DNA from: Hyalangium minutum
GTDB taxonomy: Bacteria > Myxococcota > Myxococcia > Myxococcales > Myxococcaceae
Reading direction: 5' to 3'
DNA length: 64,000 nucleotides
NCBI RefSeq assembly: GCF_000737315.1
Contig: NZ_JMCB01000007.1
Span: forward strand, 62,001 to 126,000
The translations under genes and the position numbers were made by a program. The notes below the pieces were generated by a model. The model was not told where the DNA came from. It did not search any database and was given only the letters and a program-made list of their open reading frames with translations. This document shows, piece after piece, positions 55,422 through 64,000 of the stretch; position 1 is the first letter of the stretch, and every line of letters starts with the position of its first letter.

Positions 55422-56003
55422 ATGGCCTCGGACACTGTTCTGGATTCACAGAAACGCGCCTGGAAGCGCCGCACGTACCTCATCGATCGAGAGTTCCAGC
55501 TCAAGTACATCTTCATGTTGGCCGCCATCGGCGCGGGCAGCATGGGTCTGTTCGGAGCACTGGCCTGGTGGGCGCACACCGCGGCGCTCGAAGCAGGCTC
55601 GGGCTCCGAGGGAATCGCCGGCATGACGATTCTCTGGCTCACCGTGTTGGCGGTGGTGGGCGTGGCGGTGGCACTCGGATTGTTCGGGTTGGTCTTCACC
55701 CACCGTGTGGCGGGCCCCGTGTACGTGATGAACCTGTACCTGGAGGCACTGGCGGCGGGGCACTACCCGCGGCTGCGTCCGCTGCGCCGCTATGACGAGC
55801 TGAAGAAGTTCTTCGATCGCTTCGGCCACGCGGTGGAGCGCATCCGCGCGCGCGAGGCGGAAGAGGCCCAGGCGCTGGCCCAGGCCCTGGCGGTCTTTCA
55901 ACCCCTGGCTCAGTCCGAGGAGGCGCGCGCCGCGCTAAAGATCTTGGAGGAACTGCACCAGCGCAAGCGCGAGGCCGTGGACAGGCCTTCGAGTCCTGCT
56001 TAG
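55422..56003 (+). CDS. Two-TM membrane protein with HAMP-like segment
   Basis: Two hydrophobic helices then THRVAGPV...LRRYDEL. Confidence 0.7.
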   Translation: MASDTVLDSQKRAWKRRTYLIDREFQLKYIFMLAAIGAGSMGLFGALAWWAHTAALEAGSGSEGIAGMTILWLTVLAVVGVAVALGLFGLVFTHRVAGPVYVMNLYLEALAAGHYPRLRPLRRYDELKKFFDRFGHAVERIRAREAEEAQALAQALAVFQPLAQSEEARAALKILEELHQRKREAVDRPSSPA

Positions 56004-56015
56004 GAGTCATTTCCA

Positions 56016-56969
56016 ATGAGCCGACCCCGCATCGTTTTCATGGGCACGCCCGAGTTCGCCGTGGCGTCGCTCCAGGCCTGCTTCGACATTGGCGAGGTGG
56101 TGGCCGTTGTCACCCAGCCGGACAAGCCCAAGGGCCGTGGCAACGCCCTGTCCATCTCCCCCGTGAAGGCGCTGGCGCTCGAGCGCGGTGTGACGGTGCT
56201 CCAGCCCGCGAAGCTGCGCACCCCGCCGTTCTCCGAGGAGCTGCGCAAGCTGGCGCCCGACGTGTGCGTGGTGACGGCCTACGGGAAGATCCTCCCCAAG
56301 GACGTGCTGGAGGTGGCCCCTCACGGCAGCGTCAACGTGCATGCCTCGCTGTTGCCTCGCTTCCGGGGAGCGGCGCCCATCCAGTGGGCCATTGCTCACG
56401 GGGACACGGAGACGGGCGTGGCCCTCATGCGCATGGACGAGGGGCTCGACACCGGCCCGGTGATTGCGGTGAAGCGCCTGCCCATCGAACCCGAGGACAC
56501 GAGCGCCATCCTGCACGAGAAGCTCTCCAAGCTCGGTGGGGAGGTGCTGCGCGAGTCGCTCCCGGCGTACCTGCGCGGTGAGCTGAAGCCCGTGCCTCAG
56601 CCCACGGAGGGCGTGGTGCTCGCGCCCATCATCCAGAAGGAGGATGGGCTGCTGGACTTCACGAAGCCGGCGGTGGAATTGGAGCGCCGGCTGCGCGCCT
56701 TCACGCCGTGGCCGGGGGCCTTCACCGGGCTGAATGGGGCTCGCCTCAAGGTGCACCGGGTGAAGGTGGGCACGGGGCATGGGGCTCCGGGCACTGTGCT
56801 CGCGGCGGGTCTGGGTGGAATCGAGGTGGCGTGCGGCGAGGGCTCGCTCGCCCTGCTGGAGATCCAGCCGGAGGGCAAGCGGGTGATGAAGGCGGCGGAG
56901 TTTCTCTCGGGCCATAAGCTGGCGCCGGGCAGCCAGCCGTTCTCGGCCCCGGTGGAGAGCAAGAGCTGA
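56016..56969 (+). CDS. fmt: Methionyl-tRNA formyltransferase
   Basis: IVFMGTPEFA, VVTQPDKPKGRG, VTAYGKILP, NVHASLLPRFRGAAPIQ, LDTG, AFTPWPGA. Confidence 0.98.
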   Translation: MSRPRIVFMGTPEFAVASLQACFDIGEVVAVVTQPDKPKGRGNALSISPVKALALERGVTVLQPAKLRTPPFSEELRKLAPDVCVVTAYGKILPKDVLEVAPHGSVNVHASLLPRFRGAAPIQWAIAHGDTETGVALMRMDEGLDTGPVIAVKRLPIEPEDTSAILHEKLSKLGGEVLRESLPAYLRGELKPVPQPTEGVVLAPIIQKEDGLLDFTKPAVELERRLRAFTPWPGAFTGLNGARLKVHRVKVGTGHGAPGTVLAAGLGGIEVACGEGSLALLEIQPEGKRVMKAAEFLSGHKLAPGSQPFSAPVESKS

Positions 56970-57001
56970 GCGCTGTTGGAGCGAACAGAGGAGAGACGCG
57001 G

Positions 57002-57943
57002 ATGGGCATGAAACTCCTGGTGCTGCACGGGCCGAACCTGAACCTCCTGGGAGAGCGGGAAGGCACCTCGGGCAGACGGTTCGAAGACCTCAACAGCGCG
57101 TTGCGCGCTCGCGCCGCCAGCCACGGCATCGAGTTGAAGATCGTCCAGTCCAACCACGAGGGGCTGCTCATCGACACGCTCCACGCCGAGCGCCGGAACA
57201 TCGCCGGCGTAGTAGTGAACCCCGCGGGCCTGTTCGGCTCGTACCCGCTCAGGGACGCGCTGGAGGCGGTGGGTGTGCCCGCCGTCGAGGTCCACCTGGA
57301 TGGGGCGCGCGCGAAGCAGTCCGTGCTGAAGGAAGTCTGCGCGGCGCAGCTCTCTGGCAAGGGCTTTGATTCCTACCTGCAGGCCCTCGAGCGCTTCGCC
57401 CAGGGCGAGTTCACTGGCGGCCGTGAGTCCGCAAAGGATCCGGCGCCCGGGAAGCAGAAGACGATTGGCCGCAAGGCGGAGGCTTCCTCCGAGGAGGAGG
57501 AGGAGACCGAGGCTCCCGCCAAGACGATTGGCCGGAAGACCGATGCCCTGGCTACCGCTCCCGCGAAGGCGCTGGCGCGCACGGCGGAGGCAGGAGGCGG
57601 GGGCAAGACGCTGGGCCGCAAGCCTCAGGAGGACAAGCCCGCCAAGGCCGGGAAGGGGAAGACGCTGGGCCGGGGCTCGAAGGAGACCCCTGCGGCGGAC
57701 ATGCTCACGCGTGCGCTGGTGCGCGAGAAGATCGCGGATCGGCTCTCTGGGAAGCTGACCTCGGGGGCTCTGGCGAGCTGGGCCCGCTCGCAGTGGCTGG
57801 AGGTGCAGCGCGGCGCGCCCGCCGAGAGCGGCTACCGGGACATGCTCGAGGACAGCCTGCAGACCCTTACCCTCTCCACGATGCCCGCGAGCCGCCTGAC
57901 GGATGAGCAGCTCGTGGACATGATGACCCAGCTCGAAGAATGA
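57002..57943 (+). CDS. Type II dehydroquinase (AroQ)-like domain, probably inactive, plus charged repeat linker and C-terminal helical domain
   Basis: LHGPNLNLLGERE, QSNHEG.LID, LRDAL, VEVHL; lacks the loop Tyr, the THTS His and the SN..AREEFR segment. Confidence 0.8.
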   Translation: MGMKLLVLHGPNLNLLGEREGTSGRRFEDLNSALRARAASHGIELKIVQSNHEGLLIDTLHAERRNIAGVVVNPAGLFGSYPLRDALEAVGVPAVEVHLDGARAKQSVLKEVCAAQLSGKGFDSYLQALERFAQGEFTGGRESAKDPAPGKQKTIGRKAEASSEEEEETEAPAKTIGRKTDALATAPAKALARTAEAGGGGKTLGRKPQEDKPAKAGKGKTLGRGSKETPAADMLTRALVREKIADRLSGKLTSGALASWARSQWLEVQRGAPAESGYRDMLEDSLQTLTLSTMPASRLTDEQLVDMMTQLEE

Positions 57944-59256
57944 GTGCGCGAACCCTCGCTATCCAGGTGCTCGCGCGCGTGCGCGCCACCGACGCCTACC
58001 TCAACGTCGTGCTCGACACGATGCTGTCCGAGTCTCCGCTGAAGGATCCGCGGGACACGGCGCTCGCGACGGAGCTGACCTATGGGGCCACCCGGCGGCA
58101 GCTCGCGCTGGACTACGCCATCACCCGCTTCGCGGACCGCAAGCTGGACTCGATGGAGGATCGGGTGCTGGCGGCCTTGCGGATTGGGGCCTACCAGATC
58201 TTCCACACCCGCGTGCCCGCGCGCGCGGCGGTGGGAGAGACGGTGCAGGCGCTCAAGGAGCTGGGCATGTCGCGGGCGGCGGGCTTCGTCAACGCCATCC
58301 TCCGCAAGCTGGCGGACCTGCCGGGGCCTCCGCTGCCGCCCGAGAGCGACACCGTCGAGTACCTCTCCGTCCGCGAGAGCCACCCCAAGTGGCTGGTGGA
58401 GCGGTGGATCCGCCACTTCGGCCGCGAGCGCGCCGAGGCGATGCTCGTGGCGGACAACCAAACGCCTCCCATCGTGGTCCGCGTGAACACCACGAAGGTG
58501 ACGCGCGACGCGCTGCTGGCCCAACTCCGCGACGTGGGGCTGGAGGTGCAGCCCACGACCGTGTCTCCGGTGGGCATCGTCCTGCCCCCGGTGGGGCGGC
58601 TGGAGGATGTGTACGGCTACCGCGAGGGCCTCTGGCAGGTGCAGGACGAGGCCGCGCAGCTGGTGGGGGTGTACGGAGCCATTCCGGAGACGGCGCGGGT
58701 GCTGGACGCGTGTGCGGCGCCGGGCGGCAAGGCGTGCCACCAGGCCGAAGGGCACGAGGTGGTGGCCACGGATCTGCACGCCAACAAGCTGCCGAAGATC
58801 GAGTCCGAGGCGAAGCGGCTGGGCCTCGCCGGGAAGCTGCGTGCGGTGGCACATGACGCGACGCAGCCGCTGCCGGAGGAGTTGGGCGAGTTCCACGCGG
58901 TGCTGGTGGACGCGCCGTGCTCGGGGCTGGGGACGCTGAGGCGCCACCCGGAGCTGCGCTACCGGCGCAAGGAGGAGGACATCGGCCGGCTGGCCTCGCT
59001 CCAGCGCCGCATTCTGGAGAACTGCCAGGAGGCGGTGCCGCCCGGAGGGCTGCTGGTGTACGCGGTGTGCACCACGGAGCCGCAGGAGGGGCAGGACCAG
59101 GTGGACATGTTCCTGCGAAGCCACCCCGAGTGGACGGCGGAGCCTCCCGTGTTGCCGGGAGTGAAGCTGCCGCAGAGTCAGGCGTGGCTGCGCACCCTGC
59201 CAGGGCCCGAGGGCTGGGATGGTTTCTTCGCCGCCCGCCTGCGTAAGCTGTACTGA
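57940..59256 (+). CDS. rsmB: 16S rRNA (cytosine967-C5) methyltransferase with NusB-like domain
   Basis: NusB-like N-terminus (ELTYGATR, GFVNAILRK), VQDEAAQ, LDACAAPGGK, DAPCSGLG.LRRHPE, YAVCT. Confidence 0.96.
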   Translation: MSARTLAIQVLARVRATDAYLNVVLDTMLSESPLKDPRDTALATELTYGATRRQLALDYAITRFADRKLDSMEDRVLAALRIGAYQIFHTRVPARAAVGETVQALKELGMSRAAGFVNAILRKLADLPGPPLPPESDTVEYLSVRESHPKWLVERWIRHFGRERAEAMLVADNQTPPIVVRVNTTKVTRDALLAQLRDVGLEVQPTTVSPVGIVLPPVGRLEDVYGYREGLWQVQDEAAQLVGVYGAIPETARVLDACAAPGGKACHQAEGHEVVATDLHANKLPKIESEAKRLGLAGKLRAVAHDATQPLPEELGEFHAVLVDAPCSGLGTLRRHPELRYRRKEEDIGRLASLQRRILENCQEAVPPGGLLVYAVCTTEPQEGQDQVDMFLRSHPEWTAEPPVLPGVKLPQSQAWLRTLPGPEGWDGFFAARLRKLY

Positions 59257-59273
59257 AGAGGGAGGCCTGCCGG

Positions 59274-60323
59274 ATGCTCTGGAGGAGACGCGCCTGGGGG
59301 CGAGCCGCGCTGCTCGCGCTGACGTTGCTGGCGTTGCCCGTGGCGGCGCAGGGGAAGAAGCCTGCGGCGAGCGCCAGCGCCTATGTCCCGCCGCCTGCGG
59401 ATCAGATCCCCGGGTACTCCGCGAAGGCGATGCCCTGCGAGATCATCCAGGAGCTCATTCCTCCGCGCATCACCTGCGAGGGAGACTGGCTGGAGGGCAA
59501 GTCGCTGCGGGAGCTGGCCATCCTGCGCAACACCATCTTCGCCCGCTATGGCTGGGCGGGCTTCCGCAAGCCCTGGCTGCGGGAGCACTTCCAGAAGCAG
59601 CCCTGGTTCAAGCCGAACCCGAAGTTCACCTACAAGCTGCTGTCGGACGCGGACCGGAGGAACGTGCACTTCATCGCCGTGCGCGAGCAGTCCTTCACCG
59701 AGCGCGAGCTGCGCTCCATGGAGGACACCCTCTACGCGAAGGCAGGGAAGGTGTGGAACGACGCCTACGAGTGGAAGCTGAAGAACGGCCGTACGGTGCG
59801 CTCGTGCACGGAGCCCAAGGATGTGGACTACGAAGAGGGCTGCTCGGGTTCCGAGTGTGAGGGCTCGTACTCCCGGGACTGCACCTTTCAGGCGGAGGCG
59901 TGGTACCGGCCGGATCCGAAGTTCAGCGAGGACAAGCTGCCCGCCGAAGCGCGCATCGAGCTGGGCCTCATCAGCCGCGCGCTGGGGAGCTTCGCCAGTG
60001 ACACCGGGAAGCTGGAGAAGGGCTCGCAGGCGTCGCTGGACCGCATCCTCTCCGTTCAGGAGCTGCGCCAGCTCTCGCTGAGAGACCTGCGGCTGCTGCG
60101 CAACACCCTCTATGCGCGGCGCGGACGGCCCTTCAAGTCGAAGATCCTCCAGGCGCACTTCAAGGCGATGAGCTGGTACCGCGAGGACCCGAGCTACACG
60201 GACGCGCGCCTGACGGAGAACGACAAGCGCAACATCGGGTTGATTCGCTCGGTGGAGGATGAGTTCGGCGGGCCCCTCAAGGACGAAGACTGGCTGATAG
60301 ACCCAGCGACGGACGCGGCCTGA
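59274..60323 (+). CDS. Secreted protein with two YARHG domains
   Basis: Signal peptide; LRNTIFARYG...F.KQPWF and LRNTLYARRG..F.S..LQAHF...SWY. Confidence 0.85.
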   Translation: MLWRRRAWGRAALLALTLLALPVAAQGKKPAASASAYVPPPADQIPGYSAKAMPCEIIQELIPPRITCEGDWLEGKSLRELAILRNTIFARYGWAGFRKPWLREHFQKQPWFKPNPKFTYKLLSDADRRNVHFIAVREQSFTERELRSMEDTLYAKAGKVWNDAYEWKLKNGRTVRSCTEPKDVDYEEGCSGSECEGSYSRDCTFQAEAWYRPDPKFSEDKLPAEARIELGLISRALGSFASDTGKLEKGSQASLDRILSVQELRQLSLRDLRLLRNTLYARRGRPFKSKILQAHFKAMSWYREDPSYTDARLTENDKRNIGLIRSVEDEFGGPLKDEDWLIDPATDAA

Positions 60324-60452
60324 TAAGGCCACAGCCGCCCCGGGTGGGTGGCAGAAAAGCAGAACGGCAGCGCGGTCAAGGGGCCCACCCGTTGGGTTAC
60401 CCACATGCACCGACTTTCCGTCGGGCCCTTTGGCGCGTTATGTCATGTGTCG

Positions 60453-61316
60453 ATGGGCGTTGGACTTCGGACAGTGGTGGTGATGCTCGCAGGGCTCGCC
60501 TCGGCCTGCGGCGCGGTGGTCCTGCCTCCTGAGGTGGTTCCTGCTCCGAAGCAGGAGAAGGTGGAGCCCCAGCCCGTCGCGTCCTTCGTGACCCCCGTCG
60601 TGCACAGCGGCCCCCGCGACGAGATGCGCATCGCGCTCACGTTCGACGCGTGCCCCACCGCCTCCGCGTACGACGAGCGCATCACGAAAACCCTTACCGA
60701 GACGAAGACGCCCGCGACGCTCTTCCTCAGCGGCTCTTGGGTGAAGCACCGGCCGCAGTCCGCGCTGGAGCTGGCCAACAACCCGCTGTTCGAGCTGGGC
60801 AACCACTCGTACACGCACAAGCACATGCCGCAGCTCAAGAAGGATGGCGATGTGCTGGACGAACTGCTCCGGACGCAGGAGGAGATCTACAACCTCACCG
60901 GCCGCATCCCCGCGTACTTCCGCCCGCCCTTTGGTGAGTTCGACACGCGCCTGGCGTACCTGGTGGGCAAGGCGGGGCTGACCACCATCGAGTTCGATCT
61001 CGCCTCGGGAGACCCCGATGAGCACGCCACCAAGCAGAAGCTGGTGAATTGGGTGCTCAAGCAGGCCAGGCCCGGCGGCATCGTGGTCATGCACATCAAC
61101 CACAGGCAGTTCCCCACCGCGGAAGCCCTGCCGGAGATCATCCAGGGCCTGCGCAAGCGGGGCTACGAGCTGGTGACCGTGGGGCAGCTCCTGAACGAGC
61201 GTCCGCCGCCGCTGTGCAGCGATCCGCTGCGCGTCAGCCCGCCCGCCGCCCCTGTCGCCCCGGCCGTGGCGCTCAGCGCGCTGGAGGGCGCGGTTTCCAG
61301 TATATCCGTTCCGTGA
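60453..61316 (+). CDS. Polysaccharide deacetylase (CE4/NodB), probable lipoprotein
   Basis: ALTFDAC, GNHSYTH, YFRPPFG, IVVMH; lipobox ASAC; start uncertain. Confidence 0.88.
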   Translation: MGVGLRTVVVMLAGLASACGAVVLPPEVVPAPKQEKVEPQPVASFVTPVVHSGPRDEMRIALTFDACPTASAYDERITKTLTETKTPATLFLSGSWVKHRPQSALELANNPLFELGNHSYTHKHMPQLKKDGDVLDELLRTQEEIYNLTGRIPAYFRPPFGEFDTRLAYLVGKAGLTTIEFDLASGDPDEHATKQKLVNWVLKQARPGGIVVMHINHRQFPTAEALPEIIQGLRKRGYELVTVGQLLNERPPPLCSDPLRVSPPAAPVAPAVALSALEGAVSSISVP

Positions 61317-61785
61317 CGCCCTTCGCGGCGAAGTCCGGCAGCAGGCCCACCTCCCGGTAGCCGTGGCGTTCGTAGAAGCGGTGCGCACCCGTGTTGAAGT
61401 CCGACGCGAGCAGGAACCAGCCACCCGGGGGATCGCCGCTCCCGTCCTCGTAGCCTCGGAGCAATTCCACGCCGAGCCCCTTTCCCTGGAGCCCCTCCTT
61501 CACCGCCAACGTGCGCAGGTAGGCCCCTGTCCCAAACGCGCCGCGCGTGATGAACCAGCACACGCCCACCGGAGCCCCCTCCAACTCCGCCAGCAGCAAC
61601 CCCTCTCCTCGCTGGAGCGCCGCCTCGAAGCGCTGCGTCAGGGCAGCAGCGGTGAGCCCATACGCTTGGAAGAGTGAGAGCGGCGCGAGTGCTGTCCCCA
61701 GCGCGGAGAGATCAGCAGGTGTGGCAGGGCGGATGATGGACACGGGCGTCTCCAGAAAGAATCCGGTGGGTTCACCCTGCGCCAT
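61273..61785 (-). CDS. GNAT N-acetyltransferase
   Basis: YLRTLAV...QGKGLG.ELL, NTGAHRFYERHGY. Confidence 0.85.
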   Translation of the reverse strand: MAQGEPTGFFLETPVSIIRPATPADLSALGTALAPLSLFQAYGLTAAALTQRFEAALQRGEGLLLAELEGAPVGVCWFITRGAFGTGAYLRTLAVKEGLQGKGLGVELLRGYEDGSGDPPGGWFLLASDFNTGAHRFYERHGYREVGLLPDFAAKGVTERIYWKPRPPAR

Positions 61786-61846
61786 GGACTCGCAGGGCAA
61801 CGTGGCCATCTTCCAGCAGTGAGCAGCTGCTGGCGCCGGGCGGCGG

Positions 61847-62740
61847 TTACTCCTCCTGCGCCGCCGCCAGCTTGAAGGCGTCGAGCACCGCCGCCGAGGC
61901 GCGATCCAGGTACTTGCCCTTGCGGATGAGCAGGCCGATGGGCCGGGACACGGGGCCCTCGGCGAAGGGTTTCACCACCACCGTGCCTGCCTTCTCCTCG
62001 GCCCGGCAGCTCGACAGCGGGAGGATGGCCACACCCAGCCCCATCTCCACCGCGCGCTTGATGGTCTCGACGTTGTCCATCTCCATCACCGGGTTGAGAT
62101 CCAGGTTCTTCTCCCGGAACAGCCGGTCCAGCGCCTTCCGGGTGGGTGCCTCGCGGTCAAACGCGATGAAGGGTACTCCCGACAGCGCCGCGAGGCTCAC
62201 CTTCGACTTGCTGGCGAACGCGAAGCCGGGCGCGCACACCACCCCGAGCTTGTCGTCGCGGAATGGGAGGATGTCCACGCCTGCGCGCGGCTGCGGGTAG
62301 GCGACGATGCCAATCTCCGCCGCCCCGAGGATGACGTCGTCGTACACCTGATCATTGCGCCGGTAGTTCAGGCGCATGTTCACCTTGGGGTGCGTCTTCA
62401 GCAGCTGCTTCTGCACGGTCTGCAGCTCATGCAGGCCCACCGAGTAGATGGTGGACACCGTGCTGGTGCCCTGCACCTCGGTGGACTGCTCGCGGATCTC
62501 CGCCTCCACCTCGGCGAAGCGGGCGAGGATCTCCTTGCACCCCCGGAACAGCCGCTCGCCCGCGGGCGTCGGCGTCACCTGGCGGGCGCTGCGCGACAGC
62601 AGCTTCTGCTCGTACCGGTTCTCCAGCGCGCGGATCTGCTGGCTCACCGCTGACTGCGTCACGTGGTTGAGCTGGGCGGCGCGAGAGAAGGAACCCGTCT
62701 CCACCACATCACAGAACATCTTCAGGGATTCGAGCTGCAT
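61847..62740 (-). CDS. LysR family transcriptional regulator
   Basis: LKMFCDVVETGSFSRAAQLNHVTQSAVSQQIRALE, VEMGLGVAILP. Confidence 0.95.
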   Translation of the reverse strand: MQLESLKMFCDVVETGSFSRAAQLNHVTQSAVSQQIRALENRYEQKLLSRSARQVTPTPAGERLFRGCKEILARFAEVEAEIREQSTEVQGTSTVSTIYSVGLHELQTVQKQLLKTHPKVNMRLNYRRNDQVYDDVILGAAEIGIVAYPQPRAGVDILPFRDDKLGVVCAPGFAFASKSKVSLAALSGVPFIAFDREAPTRKALDRLFREKNLDLNPVMEMDNVETIKRAVEMGLGVAILPLSSCRAEEKAGTVVVKPFAEGPVSRPIGLLIRKGKYLDRASAAVLDAFKLAAAQEE

Positions 62741-62785
62741 AAGGGCGCCTCCTATACTGGAGCCGAAGCATTAGGCCAGAGGTAA

Positions 62786-62798
62786 TTAGCTGTTCTTA
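62786..62798. promoter_or_regulatory. Possible LysR autoregulatory T-N11-A site
   Basis: TTAG-ctgtt-CTTA inside an AT-rich patch about 45 nt upstream of the lysR start. Confidence 0.3.
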
Positions 62799-62890
62799 CG
62801 CTGCCTCGCCACGAATGCGCCATGGCCCTGTCCTGGAGGGCAGCTCGGTGCTCTGCCTCGGAGTGAAGGGGATGGCTCCCTGACTGGCGC

Positions 62891-63199
62891 TCAGGGGCGG
62901 GCGTCCGGTGCGCGAGGCGTGAGGTAGGGGCGCAGCAGCACGTAGAGCGCCAGCGCCAGGGCGATGAGCGCGCCCCCGCACAGCGTCTGCACCTTGCCGA
63001 TGTGGGCGTTGGCCGCGGTCAGCAGCTCGCACTCGTTGGGGCTGAGCAGGCCGCAGTCCGTCTTGCCGAACAGGCCGCGCAGGCCCAGCACCAGCAGCCA
63101 CACTCCGCCCAGCACCATGCCTGTCGCGAGCCCGACGAAGGCGGCGCGGCCCACGGAGGAGACGGAAGGCGGGGGTGAGCCGGTGGGGGGTTCGCTCAT
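62891..63199 (-). CDS. Small two-TM membrane protein
   Basis: Two hydrophobic helices flanking a C-x7-C loop. Confidence 0.65.
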   Translation of the reverse strand: MSEPPTGSPPPSVSSVGRAAFVGLATGMVLGGVWLLVLGLRGLFGKTDCGLLSPNECELLTAANAHIGKVQTLCGGALIALALALYVLLRPYLTPRAPDARP

Positions 63200-63258
63200 G
63201 CCCTGGGAGCTATCACCGCGCGGGCACGCGCGCCACAACCTGCGTATGCTCTGGGGCC

Positions 63259-64000
63259 ATGCGAATCCTCTATGGTGTCGTTGGCGAGGGCATGGGGCAT
63301 GCGACCCGCTCGCGGGTGCTGCTCGAGGAGCTCACGAAGGAGCACGAGGTTCACATCGTCGTCTCCGGACGCGCCCGGGACTACCTGGCCAAGCGCTTCC
63401 AGAACGTGCACGGCATCTGGGGCTACACCCTGGCCTATGAGGGCAACTCGGTGAGCAAGTGGCAGACGCTCCTGCAGAACCTGCAGGGCGCCGTCACCGG
63501 CTGGCCTCAGAACATCCGCCAGTACTTCGAGCTGGTGGAGAAGTTCCAGCCGGACGTGGTGGTCAGCGACTTCGAGTCCTTCAGCTACATGTTCGGCAAG
63601 GTGCACCGGCTGCCGGTGATCAGCGTGGACAACATGCAGATCATCAACCGCTGCAAGCACGAGCCGGAGCTGCTGGCCGGCTGGGAGGATGCCTACGAGA
63701 CGACGCGCACCATCGTCAAGGCGAAGCTCCCTGGGGCCTTCCACTACCTCATCACCACGTTCTTCTACCCGCCGGTCCGCAAGGAGCGCACCACGCTGGC
63801 GCCCTCCATCCTCCGGCCGGAGATCCTCGAGGCGAAGTCCGAGCCCGGCAACCACCTGCTCGTGTACCAGACGTCCACGACGAACACGGAGCTGCCCAAC
63901 ATCCTCAAGAAGAGCGGCCTGGAGTGCCGCATCTACGGCCTGCGCCGGGACATCACCTCGGACGTGGTGGACGGCAACCTGATGTACCGGCCGTTCAGCG
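63259..64000 (+). CDS. GT-B glycosyltransferase (MJ1255/VC2487-like), truncated by window end; absent from the ORF track
   Basis: Manual translation: MRILYGVVGEGMGHATRSRV...FQPDVVVSDFE...RLPVISVDN. Confidence 0.85.
   Translation, partial: MRILYGVVGEGMGHATRSRVLLEELTKEHEVHIVVSGRARDYLAKRFQNVHGIWGYTLAYEGNSVSKWQTLLQNLQGAVTGWPQNIRQYFELVEKFQPDVVVSDFESFSYMFGKVHRLPVISVDNMQIINRCKHEPELLAGWEDAYETTRTIVKAKLPGAFHYLITTFFYPPVRKERTTLAPSILRPEILEAKSEPGNHLLVYQTSTTNTELPNILKKSGLECRIYGLRRDITSDVVDGNLMYRPFS

Noticed and set aside
57491-57505. (GAG)5 tract, and the GCT run at the recA 3' end, as contingency repeats
   Set aside because: In-frame triplets encoding poly-Glu and poly-Ala linkers; slippage would not shift frame
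60377-60432. Stem-loop cluster upstream of the deacetylase as a riboswitch
   Set aside because: No conserved riboswitch motif; GC-rich stems of this size are expected by chance or as a terminator

Overview
GC-rich myxobacterial (Myxococcales, probably Cystobacterineae/Archangiaceae-like) chromosomal window with about 50 CDS. I found no rRNA, tRNA, CRISPR array or transposase. Core-type genes (recA with a Myxococcus-type LexA box, phoD, tex, fmt, rsmB, a LysR regulator) are interleaved with accessory content: (i) an ECF sigma / zinc-finger anti-sigma / DUF3106-like / small secreted protein operon, in which the small protein repeats the anti-sigma's acidic C-terminal motif; (ii) a decaying lipoprotein island after recA; (iii) a 2732-aa lipoprotein with 3 EGF-like modules and 23 tandem PPC-like domains showing hierarchical internal duplication; (iv) a coupled MIO ammonia-lyase (His-Leu tyrosine-type signature) plus acyl-CoA ligase; (v) an HSP90 paralogue coupled to a Cys-motif helical partner; (vi) a candidate switch-like leader RNA; (vii) an orphan type VI spike/effector cluster (vgrG, vgrG, DUF6484-like, TIGR02270-like, DUF2169, KS-like, DUF4150/PAAR-like-GHH nuclease, putative immunity), in which the DUF6484-like protein looks like a miniature VgrG/gpV spike; (viii) a type II dehydroquinase-like protein that has lost several catalytic residues and carries a repeat linker and extra domain. 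All family assignments are by-eye motif recognition, not database searches.
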